From: Escherichia coli
Lineage (GTDB): Bacteria > Pseudomonadota > Gammaproteobacteria > Enterobacterales > Enterobacteriaceae
Strand: one strand, 5' to 3'
Assembly (NCBI RefSeq): GCF_003334765.1
Contig: NZ_QOWT01000003.1
DNA length: 64,000 nucleotides
Shown here: positions 44,897-55,884 of the stretch, in pieces
Layout of the letters: each line of letters starts with the position of its first letter
Position numbering within the stretch: position 1 is the stretch's first letter
The notes under the pieces: generated by a model
Told to the model about the DNA's origin: nothing
What the model saw: only the letters and a program-made list of their open reading frames with translations
Databases searched by the model: none
Translations under genes and position numbers: made by a program

Positions 44897-46414
44897 ATGT
44901 CTGAACAACACGCACAGGGCGCTGACGCGGTAGTCGATCTTAACAATGAACTGAAAACGCGTCGTGAGAAGCTGGCGAACCTGCGCGAGCAGGGGATTGC
45001 CTTCCCGAACGATTTCCGTCGCGATCATACCTCTGACCAATTGCACGCAGAATTCGACGGCAAAGAGAACGAAGAACTGGAAGCGCTGAACATCGAAGTC
45101 GCCGTTGCTGGCCGCATGATGACCCGTCGTATTATGGGTAAAGCGTCTTTCGTTACCCTGCAGGACGTTGGCGGTCGCATTCAGCTGTACGTTGCCCGTG
45201 ACGATCTCCCGGAAGGCGTTTATAACGAGCAGTTCAAAAAATGGGACCTCGGCGACATCCTCGGCGCGAAAGGTAAGCTGTTCAAAACCAAAACCGGCGA
45301 ACTGTCTATCCACTGCACCGAGTTGCGTCTGCTGACCAAAGCACTGCGTCCGCTGCCGGATAAATTCCACGGCTTGCAGGATCAGGAAGCGCGCTATCGT
45401 CAGCGTTATCTCGATCTCATCTCCAACGATGAATCCCGCAACACCTTTAAAGTGCGCTCGCAGATCCTCTCTGGTATTCGCCAGTTCATGGTGAACCGCG
45501 GCTTTATGGAAGTTGAAACGCCGATGATGCAGGTGATCCCTGGCGGTGCCGCTGCGCGTCCGTTTATCACCCACCATAACGCGCTGGATCTCGACATGTA
45601 CCTGCGTATCGCGCCGGAACTGTACCTCAAGCGTCTGGTGGTTGGTGGCTTCGAGCGTGTATTCGAAATCAACCGTAACTTCCGTAACGAAGGTATTTCC
45701 GTACGTCATAACCCAGAGTTCACCATGATGGAACTCTACATGGCTTACGCAGATTACAAAGATCTGATCGAGCTGACCGAATCGCTGTTCCGTACTCTGG
45801 CACAGGATATTCTCGGTAAGACGGAAGTGACCTACGGCGACGTGACGCTGGACTTCGGTAAACCGTTCGAAAAACTGACCATGCGTGAAGCGATCAAGAA
45901 ATATCGCCCGGAAACCGACATGGCGGATCTGGACAACTTCGACTCTGCGAAAGCAATTGCTGAATCTATCGGCATCCACGTTGAGAAGAGCTGGGGTCTG
46001 GGCCGTATCGTTACCGAGATCTTCGAAGAAGTGGCAGAAGCACATCTGATTCAGCCGACCTTCATTACTGAATATCCGGCAGAAGTTTCTCCGCTGGCGC
46101 GTCGTAACGACGTTAACCCGGAAATCACAGACCGCTTTGAGTTCTTCATTGGTGGTCGTGAAATCGGTAACGGCTTTAGCGAGCTGAATGACGCGGAAGA
46201 TCAGGCGCAACGCTTCCTGGATCAGGTTGCCGCGAAAGACGCAGGTGACGACGAAGCGATGTTCTACGATGAAGATTACGTCACCGCACTGGAACATGGC
46301 TTACCGCCGACAGCAGGTCTGGGAATTGGTATCGACCGTATGGTAATGCTGTTCACCAACAGCCATACCATCCGCGACGTTATTCTGTTCCCGGCGATGC
46401 GTCCGGTAAAATAA
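44897..46414 (+). CDS. lysS: Lysyl-tRNA synthetase (constitutive)
   Basis: 505 aa class II aa[35 protein letters not shown]... Confidence 0.95.
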
Positions 46415-46457
46415 GCATTACGTTATGCTCACAACCTCGGCAAATGTCGGGGTTTTT

Positions 46458-47006
46458 TTATTTAAGCTGGGTAAATGCAGATAATCGTTTTCTGGCTTCG
46501 CGATTTGTCGCCTGCATCACCATCCACGGACTGAACGCCCACGGCGTGGCATCAATACCGTGTAATACATCTGCTAAATCACACCATTGATAATCCATCA
46601 CTTCATCATCATTGATCTGTAACGCACTAGTGGTGCGTGCGGCAAATACCGGACACACTTCATTTTCCACAATGCCACTCGGATCGGTGGCGCGGTAGCG
46701 AAAGTCAGGATAGATAGATTCAGGAGGCGTAATTTCCACGCCAAGCTCATAACGGCAACGGCGGATCACTGCGTCTTCGTTGCTTTCTCCCAGTTGTGGG
46801 TGCCCACAAACCGAGTTAGTCCACACGCCAGGCCATGCTTTTTTGCTCAGTGCGCGGCGGGTAACTAATAATTGTCCTTTGGCATTAAACAGCCAACTGG
46901 AGAACGCGAGATGTAAGCGGGTGTCTGCCGTGTGTGCGGCATACTTTTCCAGCGTACCCGTGGGAACTCCCTGTGCATTCAATAAAATGACGTGTTCCGT
47001 TTGCAT
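46458..47006 (-). CDS. idi: Isopentenyl-diphosphate delta-isomerase (type I, Nudix)
   Basis: 182 aa, [25 protein letters not shown]... Confidence 0.9.
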   Translation of the reverse strand: MQTEHVILLNAQGVPTGTLEKYAAHTADTRLHLAFSSWLFNAKGQLLVTRRALSKKAWPGVWTNSVCGHPQLGESNEDAVIRRCRYELGVEITPPESIYPDFRYRATDPSGIVENEVCPVFAARTTSALQINDDEVMDYQWCDLADVLHGIDATPWAFSPWMVMQATNREARKRLSAFTQLK

Positions 47007-47255
47007 AATTTCTCACATGTAATTCTGATCACTCATCATTATAGATAATTGAAGAGTGAAATGATTAACCAAGTGAGCGTTTATCGACAACCGCCCGTTT
47101 TGAGCGGATGCCGACAGGTAAAAACCATTTAAAAAAGTAGCATCATATATTTGAAGCGACTTTCAATGGCCATTGCAACACAGTCAGAAATGACAGGAAT
47201 AGAGAGAGTAAAAAGCAACAACAGACTGAATATAGCGCGCATTAAAAAATTCATA

Positions 47256-48704
47256 TTATTCTCCATGCTCATTTTTCTTCAGCTTGCGCATCAGAAGCCA
47301 CATACGTACTGTCCTGACTTTTAAATCTTTATCAGAGACGGATTCCTTCACCAGGTCAGCATGATGCTGATAGCCATTAAAGAAGACGTTCAGCACAACG
47401 GCGCTAAGGGTTGCGAGCATAATGCCGCTATGTAGCAGCGGTTGCAGTACGGCCGGTAACTTAGAAAAGAAATCGTGAGAGAGCGTCGGAGTCATGCCAA
47501 CGCCGAGACTGATCGCCACAATATAGAGGTTGTAACGGTTGGTGGTGTAGTTACAGCGCGACAGAATTCGAATCCCTGTCGCCAGTACCATGCCGAACAT
47601 CACTAGACCAGCGCCGCCCAGCACAAATTGCGGAATGGAGGCTACCAGCACCGCCATTTTTGGCACCATGCCAAACAGGATTAATATAATTCCCGAAGAA
47701 ATACACACCCAGCGGCTATGAACGCGCGTCACGCTAACCAGGCCAACGTTTTGAGAAAATGACGTGTGGGGGAAGCTGTTAAACGTGCCGCCTATCATTG
47801 TCCCTACGCCATCGACACGCAGCCCGCGAATAATATCGTGCGAAGAGAGTTTACGACCGACTATTTCACCCAGTGCCAGGAACATCCCCATCGACTCGAT
47901 AAACACGATGATTAACACGGCAGTCATGGTCAGAATGGAAACGGGATCGAAAATCGGCATACCAAACGACATCGGCGTAACAATCGCAAACCATGAAGCA
48001 TCATGTAGCCCGGATAAATTGACTTCATTCATCATCCACGAAAGTAAAAAGCCAAATACAATCCCCAGTAATACGGCGACGTTGGACATAAATCCTTTCG
48101 CATAGCGAGTAATGAGCAAGATAAAAATTAAGACGGCAAAGGAGATACCTAAATAAACGGGATTACCATATTGCGGATTCCCTTTACCTCCGGCGGCCCA
48201 GTCAATACCCACCTGAATGATGCTAAGCCCGATAGAAGTAATAACCACACCGGTAACCAGTGGCGGGAATAAAGGCATCAAGCGACCGATAAGTGGCGCT
48301 AATAATGTGGTGATAAAACCCGCGGCGATAGTGGCACCAAATATCCCCAGCAGGCCGATATCCGGGTTCATCCCAATGGCTATCATTGGTGTTACAGCAG
48401 CAAAGGTCACCGACATAATCACCGGCAGGCGGATCCCCATAAAGCGGCCGATACCGATACATTGCAATAATGTGACGATCCCGCAGCAAAAGAGATCCGA
48501 GCTAATGAGCATCGCAATAGCTTCTTTTGAGAGGCCCAGTCGGTCACCAATCATAAGAGGAACAGCGACTGCACCTGCGTACATGACAAGGACGTGTTGC
48601 AGACCGAGTATGATCAGCTTTCCTGGTGATAATATGCGGTCAACCTCATCAGTTGGGCGGTCTTGCCCAGAAGATGAGGGAAGTTGGGAATCTATGGCGC
48701 TCAT
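47256..48704 (-). CDS. uacT: NCS2-family nucleobase (uric acid/xanthine-type) permease
   Basis: 482 aa starting MSAIDSQLPSSSGQDRP...; NAT/NCS2 transporter. The track ORF has a 43-codon upstream extension. Confidence 0.85.
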   Translation of the reverse strand: MSAIDSQLPSSSGQDRPTDEVDRILSPGKLIILGLQHVLVMYAGAVAVPLMIGDRLGLSKEAIAMLISSDLFCCGIVTLLQCIGIGRFMGIRLPVIMSVTFAAVTPMIAIGMNPDIGLLGIFGATIAAGFITTLLAPLIGRLMPLFPPLVTGVVITSIGLSIIQVGIDWAAGGKGNPQYGNPVYLGISFAVLIFILLITRYAKGFMSNVAVLLGIVFGFLLSWMMNEVNLSGLHDASWFAIVTPMSFGMPIFDPVSILTMTAVLIIVFIESMGMFLALGEIVGRKLSSHDIIRGLRVDGVGTMIGGTFNSFPHTSFSQNVGLVSVTRVHSRWVCISSGIILILFGMVPKMAVLVASIPQFVLGGAGLVMFGMVLATGIRILSRCNYTTNRYNLYIVAISLGVGMTPTLSHDFFSKLPAVLQPLLHSGIMLATLSAVVLNVFFNGYQHHADLVKESVSDKDLKVRTVRMWLLMRKLKKNEHGE

Positions 48705-49139
48705 CAGTGTTTCTCCTTTCGCCCGCCAGAGTAAAAAGCAACCGTTTACGTTAATGAAACTGTCTAAACACATGCTCGTGGAGTGCCAGTTTTTGCGAGG
48801 AAGGGGAGTTAGAGACAGGAATTGCGGAGGCAATCACATAATCGTGGTTAAACCACGAAAATGAGAAGAGAACCTGACAATGGAATTATCTGTAATTTTC
48901 TCATATTGATATTTCATTAATCATTCTGGCATGTCGCACTCTCGCATTTAATCGTTTTTATCTGGATAGCGCTCTTTTGATCGGCAATGTTGAAATAATG
49001 AAAGCGGCATAGATTGAGGGGCAATAATTTGAACTCAGTCGCAAAATTATAATTAAAACGGTCATGCTACCTAATATATGCCCGTTTATTGCATCGCGAA
49101 ATTTGAGAAGACATAACTCATTAAATGAAAGGGATGCAA

Positions 49140-51059
49140 ATGAATAAGTTTATTGCTGCTGAAGCTGCGGAATGTATAGGCTGTCATGCTTGTGAAATTG
49201 CCTGTGCGGTGGCACACAATCAAGAAAACTGGCCGCTGAGTCACAGTGACTTTCGACCGCGTATCCACGTTGTAGGGAAAGGCCAGGCTGCGAATCTGGT
49301 GGCCTGCCATCACTGCAACAATGCCCCTTGCGTTACGGCTTGTCCGGTTAATGCTCTGACTTTCCAGTCCGATAGCGTACAACTGGACGAGCAAAAATGT
49401 ATTGGTTGTAAAAGATGCGCAATCGCTTGCCCCTTTGGCGTCGTTGAGATGGTCGATACGATTGCGCAGAAATGCGACCTTTGTAACCAGCGCAGTTCCG
49501 GCACGCAAGCCTGTATTGAAGTTTGCCCAACACAGGCGTTACGACTGATGGACGATAAAGGGTTGCAGCAGATAAAGGTGGCCCGCCAGCGCAAAACGGC
49601 AGCAGGAAAAGCGTCATCAGACGCTCAGCCATCTCGCAGTGCAGCGTTGCTCCCCGTTAACTCGCGTAAAGGCGCAGATAAAATTTCAGCGAGTGAACGG
49701 AAAACCCACTTTGGCGAAATATATTGCGGGCTGGATCCACAACAAGCGACTTATGAGAGTGACCGCTGTGTTTATTGTGCCGAAAAAGCTAACTGCAACT
49801 GGCATTGCCCGCTGCATAACGCTATTCCGGATTACATCCGTCTGGTACAGGAAGGAAAGATTATTGAAGCGGCAGAACTTTGCCACCAGACCAGTTCCTT
49901 ACCAGAAATTTGCGGCAGGGTATGTCCACAGGACCGTCTTTGTGAAGGCGCATGTACTTTGAAAGATCACTCGGGCGCAGTCTCTATCGGTAATCTGGAA
50001 CGCTACATCACCGATACCGCGCTGGCGATGGGCTGGCGTCCCGATGTCAGCAAAGTTGTTCCCCGTAGCGAAAAAGTGGCGGTGATTGGCGCTGGGCCTG
50101 CAGGGTTAGGGTGTGCTGATATTCTGGCGCGCGCAGGAGTTCAGGTCGATGTCTTTGATCGCCATCCAGAAATTGGCGGTATGCTGACTTTTGGCATTCC
50201 TCCTTTCAAACTCGATAAAACGGTATTAAGCCAGCGGCGAGAGATATTCACCGCAATGGGAATCGACTTTCATCTTAACTGTGAAATTGGCCGCGATATT
50301 ACCTTTAGCGATTTAACTTCTGAATATGATGCAGTTTTCATCGGCGTGGGGACTTACGGGATGATGCGAGCAGATCTGCCGCATGAAGATGCGCCCGGTG
50401 TCATTCAGGCTCTACCGTTCCTGACTGCCCATACCCGCCAGCTCATGGGATTGCCGGAGTCTGAAGAGTATCCGCTGACGGACGTGGAAGGTAAGCGAGT
50501 CGTGGTATTGGGCGGTGGCGATACGACAATGGATTGTTTGCGGACTTCCATCCGCCTCAATGCCGCCAGCGTGACCTGCGCGTATCGTCGTGATGAAGTC
50601 AGTATGCCGGGCTCGCGCAAAGAGGTGGTTAATGCGCGCGAGGAAGGTGTCGAGTTTCAGTTCAATGTTCAACCGCAATATATCGCTTGTGACGAAGATG
50701 GGCGTTTAACTGCGGTGGGCCTGATTCGTACCGCCATGGGTGAGCCGGGGCCGGATGGTCGCCGTCGTCCTCGTCCGGTAGCGGGTTCAGAGTTTGAATT
50801 GCCCGCCGATGTTCTGATTATGGCCTTTGGTTTCCAGGCGCATGCCATGCCGTGGTTGCAGGGCAGCGGAATTAAACTCGATAAATGGGGCCTGATTCAA
50901 ACCGGTGACGTCGGGTATTTACCTACCCAGACGCATCTGAAAAAAGTCTTTGCTGGTGGTGATGCAGTTCATGGCGCGGATCTGGTTGTCACTGCAATGG
51001 CCGCAGGAAGGCAGGCGGCGCGCGATATGTTAACTCTGTTTGATACGAAGGCATCGTGA
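49140..51059 (+). CDS. ygfT: Fused ferredoxin-like 4Fe-4S / FAD-NAD(P)-binding oxidoreductase (GltD/DPD-like)
   Basis: 639 aa; N-terminal Cys clusters ([23 protein letters not shown]) followed by pyridine nucleotide-disulfide oxidoreductase domain ([14 protein letters not shown]). Confidence 0.85.
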
Positions 51060-51547
51060 TGAAATCGTTAATTATCGTTAATCCGGCTGACTGTATTGGC
51101 TGCCGTACTTGTGAAGTAGCCTGTGTGGTCGCTCACCCTTCAGAACAGGAGTTGAATGCCGATGTCTTTTTACCCCGGCTGAAGGTACAGCGACTGGACA
51201 GCATCAGTGCGCCGGTGATGTGCCATCAGTGTGAAAACGCCCCTTGTGTTGGCGCTTGCCCCGTGGGGGCGCTGACGATGGGCGAGCAGGTGGTGCAGAC
51301 CAATTCTGCCCGTTGTATTGGCTGTCAGAGTTGCGTCAGTGCGTGCCCGTTTGGAATGATCACCATTCAGTCGTTGCCGGGGGATACCCGACAACAAATT
51401 GTGAAATGCGATCTCTGTGAACAGCGGGAAGAGGGGCCAGCCTGCGTTGAATCTTGCCCAACACAGGCGCTGCAGTTGCTTACTGAAAGAGAACTCAGGC
51501 GAGTCCGCCAGCAGCGTATTGTTGCCAGCGGTGAGAATCCTCTCTGA
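51059..51547 (+). CDS. ygfS: 4Fe-4S ferredoxin-type electron transfer protein
   Basis: 162 aa with four CxxCxxCxxxCP motifs; start overlaps ygfT stop. Confidence 0.85.
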
Positions 51548-51553
51548 AAGAAA

Positions 51554-51578
51554 TCTCCGCGCTGAAAGGCGCGGAGAA
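51554..51578. terminator. Hairpin between convergent ygfS and ghxQ
   Basis: TCTCCGCGC-TGAAAG-GCGCGGAGA perfect stem. Confidence 0.5.
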
Positions 51579-51582
51579 TCTA

Positions 51583-52950
51583 TTAGATTGCCCAACCACC
51601 CGCGTAAAATGCGACCAGTGCGGCAGTAATGATCACCGTACCAATATTCAGCTTTTGCCATTCGCGTGCAAAGACGCGGCCTACGACCAGTGTCACAAAG
51701 CCCAGCATAATACCGGTAACGATATTACAAGTCAGAACGATGAACACGGCACACACCAGGCCAGCCATAGCGTCAATAAAATCATTGAAATCCAGCTTCG
51801 AGACGTTACTTAACATCAGCAAACCTACGTACATCAGAGCGGGTGCAGTGGCGTAACCAGGGATCAAAAATGACAGCGGTGATAAAAACAGAATTAACAG
51901 GAATAACGCCCCCACTACGGTTGCGGTTAAACCTGTTTTACCCCCGGCGGCGGTTCCTGCCGCTGATTCGATATAAACCGCTGCGGGCGCTGCGCCCACC
52001 AGGCCGGAGAATATTGAACTTACTGAGTCACTGGTCAGGGCTTTGCCGCCGTTGATGATCTGGTTGTCTTTATCCAACAAATTCGCCTGACCGGCGACGG
52101 CACGGATGGTGCCAGTAGCGTCGAACACTGCGGTCATCACCAATGCCAGTACACTCGGAAGTACAGTTGGCTGGAGTGCACCCATAATATCGAGGCTGAA
52201 AATCAGAGACTTACCATCTTCGCCAGTCAGGCTTGGCATCGCCACCAGACCGTGGTATTTCACCGCTGGGTCAAAGATTAAGCCGATGATCGAAATTGCA
52301 ATAATCACCAACAAGATCCCGCCGGGTACGCGACACTTCTCCAGGCCGAAGATGACCGCCAGCCCCAGCAAGCTCATCATCACCGGGAAGGAGGTAAACG
52401 CACCGAGCGCCACTGGCAAGCCTTCAATCGGGTTTTTGATAACCATACCCACACCGTTAGCAGCAATCAGCAGCAGAAACAGCCCGATACCGATACCTGT
52501 ACCGTGAGCGATACCCATCGGCAAATTACGTAAGATCCAGGTACGCACACCGGTTACGGAAATGGCGGTGAAGATGACGCCCATCAGAAATACCGCGCCC
52601 AGTGCGACAGGAACGCTAATTTGTTGCCCGAGTACCAGACTGAATGCGGTAAACGCCGTCAAGGAAATCGCGCAACCAATCGCCATTGGCAAATTAGCCC
52701 ATAATCCCATCAGCAACGAGCCGAAGCCCGCGACCAGACAGGTGGCAACAAACACAGCTGCGGGAGGAAAACCTGCTTTGCCCAGCATTCCCGGAACGAC
52801 GATAACGGAATAAACCATGGCCAGAAAGGTCGTTAAGCCAGCCAGTACTTCCTGACGAACGGTACTGCCACGAGCGGTAATTTTAAAATAATTATCCAGC
52901 GCGCCCTGTGGCTTTGGTGCGTCCGGTGTTTGTAGGATGTCTCCAGACAT
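51583..52950 (-). CDS. ghxQ: AzgA-family guanine/hypoxanthine permease
   Basis: 455 aa polytopic transporter (former ygfQ). Confidence 0.85.
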   Translation of the reverse strand: MSGDILQTPDAPKPQGALDNYFKITARGSTVRQEVLAGLTTFLAMVYSVIVVPGMLGKAGFPPAAVFVATCLVAGFGSLLMGLWANLPMAIGCAISLTAFTAFSLVLGQQISVPVALGAVFLMGVIFTAISVTGVRTWILRNLPMGIAHGTGIGIGLFLLLIAANGVGMVIKNPIEGLPVALGAFTSFPVMMSLLGLAVIFGLEKCRVPGGILLVIIAISIIGLIFDPAVKYHGLVAMPSLTGEDGKSLIFSLDIMGALQPTVLPSVLALVMTAVFDATGTIRAVAGQANLLDKDNQIINGGKALTSDSVSSIFSGLVGAAPAAVYIESAAGTAAGGKTGLTATVVGALFLLILFLSPLSFLIPGYATAPALMYVGLLMLSNVSKLDFNDFIDAMAGLVCAVFIVLTCNIVTGIMLGFVTLVVGRVFAREWQKLNIGTVIITAALVAFYAGGWAI

Positions 52951-52985
52951 AATGATGTCCTCACGAGGATGTTAAAGTTTTATTA

Positions 52986-54305
52986 TTAGTTGCGTTCGTA
53001 CACCAGACGACCATCAACGTAGGTGCGGTAGATCGAACGGTCATCGCCCAACGTCATCATCACGAACAATTTGTCGACTAAAGAAACAGAGTTGTCATAG
53101 CGCAGCTGCTGTAGCGGAGTGGCGGTGGGTTCCATCACCACGAAATCAGCCTCTTTGCCAGGTAAAAAGTTGCCAATCAAATCGTCAAGGCCCAGAGATT
53201 TCGCTCCGCCGAGCGTGGCCAGGTAAAACGCTTCATATGCCGAGAGGCGATAGCCTTGTAATTGCAATACTTTGTAGGCTTCGTTCAGCGTTTGCAGCAT
53301 GTTGAAAGTGGTTCCGGCACCGATATCCGTTCCCATGCCCACTTTAACTTTCTTCTGCCATGCTTTTTTCAAGTTGAATAAGCCGCTGCCGAGGTAAAGG
53401 TTGGAGGTCGGACAGAAAGCAATGCTGGATTTGGTTTCGCTGAGACGATCCCACTCTTTTTCTTCGAGATGGACGCAGTGAGCAAAGACACAGTTTTTAC
53501 CGGTCAGGCCGTACTGATGGTAAACATCCAGATAACCATCATGGTCAGGATAAAGCGATTTCACCCAGGCAATTTCATCTTTGTTTTCACAGAGATGGGT
53601 ATGTACCCACGTATCCGGATATTCTTCTTTCAGGCGTTGCGCCATCGCCATCTGTTCAGGAGATGAGGTCGGGGCGAAGCGTGGCGTAATCGCATATAGC
53701 AGACGACCATTTTTGTGCCAGCGTTCGATCAGTTCTTTGCTTTGGTGATAGCTGCTTTCGGCAGTGTCGAGCAGATAATCCGGTGCGTTGCGGTCCATCA
53801 TCACCTTACCGGCAATCATACGCATATTGATATGACTGGCGGCTTCAAACAGCACATCAACAGATTGCGGATGAACAGTGCCAAACACCAGCGCCGTGGT
53901 GGTTCCGTTACGTAAAAGCTGCTTGATGAAGAACGCCGACATTTCGCGGGCGTACTCTAAATCCTCATAACGACGTTCAGTAGGGAAGGTGTGTTTATTC
54001 AACCACTCCAGCAATTGCTCACCATAGGCCCCCACCATTTCACTTTGCGGATAATGGATATGTGTATCGACAAAGCCCGGTACTATCAGTTTGCCGCGAT
54101 AGTCGCGCACGCGAATGGTGTCAGGAATTTGATGCTTTCCGTTTTCCCATTCGCCAAACCATTCCACTTTTCCCTGTTTAATGAGTAATAAACCATCCTC
54201 AATAAACCGCAGCGCAGAGGCAATCTCTTCCGGGTTATCGATCGTACGGGTGACATCAATAAAACTGCCTCGTACCGCTTTTAACGTGTGTTCTCCTGAC
54301 ATCAT
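52986..54305 (-). CDS. guaD: Guanine deaminase
   Basis: 439 aa starting MMSGEHTLKAVRGSFIDV...; amidohydrolase metal-binding HxH (PGFVDTHIHYPQ). Confidence 0.9.
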   Translation of the reverse strand: MMSGEHTLKAVRGSFIDVTRTIDNPEEIASALRFIEDGLLLIKQGKVEWFGEWENGKHQIPDTIRVRDYRGKLIVPGFVDTHIHYPQSEMVGAYGEQLLEWLNKHTFPTERRYEDLEYAREMSAFFIKQLLRNGTTTALVFGTVHPQSVDVLFEAASHINMRMIAGKVMMDRNAPDYLLDTAESSYHQSKELIERWHKNGRLLYAITPRFAPTSSPEQMAMAQRLKEEYPDTWVHTHLCENKDEIAWVKSLYPDHDGYLDVYHQYGLTGKNCVFAHCVHLEEKEWDRLSETKSSIAFCPTSNLYLGSGLFNLKKAWQKKVKVGMGTDIGAGTTFNMLQTLNEAYKVLQLQGYRLSAYEAFYLATLGGAKSLGLDDLIGNFLPGKEADFVVMEPTATPLQQLRYDNSVSLVDKLFVMMTLGDDRSIYRTYVDGRLVYERN

Positions 54306-54319
54306 TGACTCCTTTACTG

Positions 54320-55720
54320 TTAATCCATCTCTTCCGCTGAGGTAATACCAGGCAGAACGTTTTCCTGTCGGTAGCCACCAGGGAGGATAATATTTAATAA
54401 AATCGCAGTTAACCCGCCAGCACAAATAGGGTTTTCAACTAATACATAAATAGAGGCTGGCAATATTTTAAAAATTTCGGGATCGTAGGAGACGCCAAGC
54501 CCTAAACCTAAAGAAGTGGCGACAATAAGTGTTTCACGGCGCTTTAAACCGTTGGTGATGATGATGCGAATCCCTGCGATGGCAATCATGGAAAACATCA
54601 ACGTCATTGCGCCTCCCAGAACTGCCGAGGGAATGGTCGTGAAGAAGCCGCCAATCATCGGAAATAAGCCGAGGATAACCAGCATTACCGCGATGGTTCG
54701 CCCGACATAACGTGAAGCGACGCCAGTCATCTGAATAACCCCATTATTTTGCGCAAACGTGGTTAATGGTAATGAACCGACAGCGGAGGCGATAACAGAA
54801 ACCAGACCATCTGCCAGCACGCCGCCTTTCAGCCGGGACTGATACTCTTCCCCCTGAATGGGGCGGCGGGAAACCATTGCCGTGGCGGTGATATCGCCGA
54901 CTGCTTCCAGCACGCTAAGCAGATAAATCGTGCCAACCACCAGGAACTGATGGAAGCTAAAACTAAAGCCGTATTTGAACGGATGCGGGATGGTGATTAA
55001 CGGCAAATTGCGCATACTGCTGAAATCCACCATGCCCAGGCATAACGATGCGATATAGCCGACACATAGCCCAATGGCGATCCCTCCCATGCGTAGCAAC
55101 GGACTGCGACAGCAGTTAAAGCCGATCACCACAATTAAAACCAATAAACCAACGCCGAGATGTTCGTAATTGCCGAACGTACCGCTGCTTTTGGCTGCAA
55201 ATCCTCCACCAAAATCGATAATGCCGACTTTAATCAGGCTTAAGCCGATCATCAGTACCACAATACCGCTGACGGTAGGCGTAATAACCCGACGTAAATA
55301 GGGCAAGATAAATGAAGATCCGACAACCAGAAATGCGCCAACGAAGGAGACGCCGAGAAGCGACGACATGATTAACTCTTCGTGAAAACCGTCGCTTTTC
55401 ATGCTGCTGCCCAGCGCAATCATGACCGTAACAAATGAAAAATTGACTGACTGAATTGAGAGTAGGCCAGAACCGACGATGCCGTAGCGGTTTACTTGTA
55501 ACCAGGTACCAATACCAGAGGCGATCATCGCCATAGAAACAAGATAGGCAGTTGTTTCAGCGGAAAGCTGTAAGGCCGCACCCACGATTAACGCGGGGGT
55601 TACCATCGGAACGAAAATTGCCAACAGATGGGTAATGGCACCAACGAGAGCCTGATGAAAGGGAGGGCGATCCTCCAGTTCAAATATAAGGTCAGAACCT
55701 GCATGGTTTATATCAGACAT
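54320..55720 (-). CDS. xanQ: NCS2-family xanthine permease
   Basis: 466 aa starting MSDINHAGSDLIFELEDRPPFHQ... Confidence 0.9.
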   Translation of the reverse strand: MSDINHAGSDLIFELEDRPPFHQALVGAITHLLAIFVPMVTPALIVGAALQLSAETTAYLVSMAMIASGIGTWLQVNRYGIVGSGLLSIQSVNFSFVTVMIALGSSMKSDGFHEELIMSSLLGVSFVGAFLVVGSSFILPYLRRVITPTVSGIVVLMIGLSLIKVGIIDFGGGFAAKSSGTFGNYEHLGVGLLVLIVVIGFNCCRSPLLRMGGIAIGLCVGYIASLCLGMVDFSSMRNLPLITIPHPFKYGFSFSFHQFLVVGTIYLLSVLEAVGDITATAMVSRRPIQGEEYQSRLKGGVLADGLVSVIASAVGSLPLTTFAQNNGVIQMTGVASRYVGRTIAVMLVILGLFPMIGGFFTTIPSAVLGGAMTLMFSMIAIAGIRIIITNGLKRRETLIVATSLGLGLGVSYDPEIFKILPASIYVLVENPICAGGLTAILLNIILPGGYRQENVLPGITSAEEMD

Positions 55721-55884
55721 CCCTTCACTCCTTTTAAAGTAAATTTGATCATCTGAATTAGTAAAATAAATTCCCACGAATTTGGGGCGCAGGACGCCTT
55801 GAGAACGGCTTATCTCATTTTCGCAGTCACTATTTAGTCATCGTTCAAACAGAGAAACAGGCCGCCGAAGCGGCCATTTATTAT

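Noticed and set aside
44882-46297. 471-aa minus-strand ORF, with similar long antisense ORFs at 43850..44854, 8731..9705, 31915..33045 and 25591..26295
   Set aside because: Each lies entirely antisense to a highly conserved, strongly expressed gene (lysS, prfB, fbaA, gcvP, pepP). These are shadow ORFs produced by codon bias on the sense strand; they have no RBS context and no recognisable domains.
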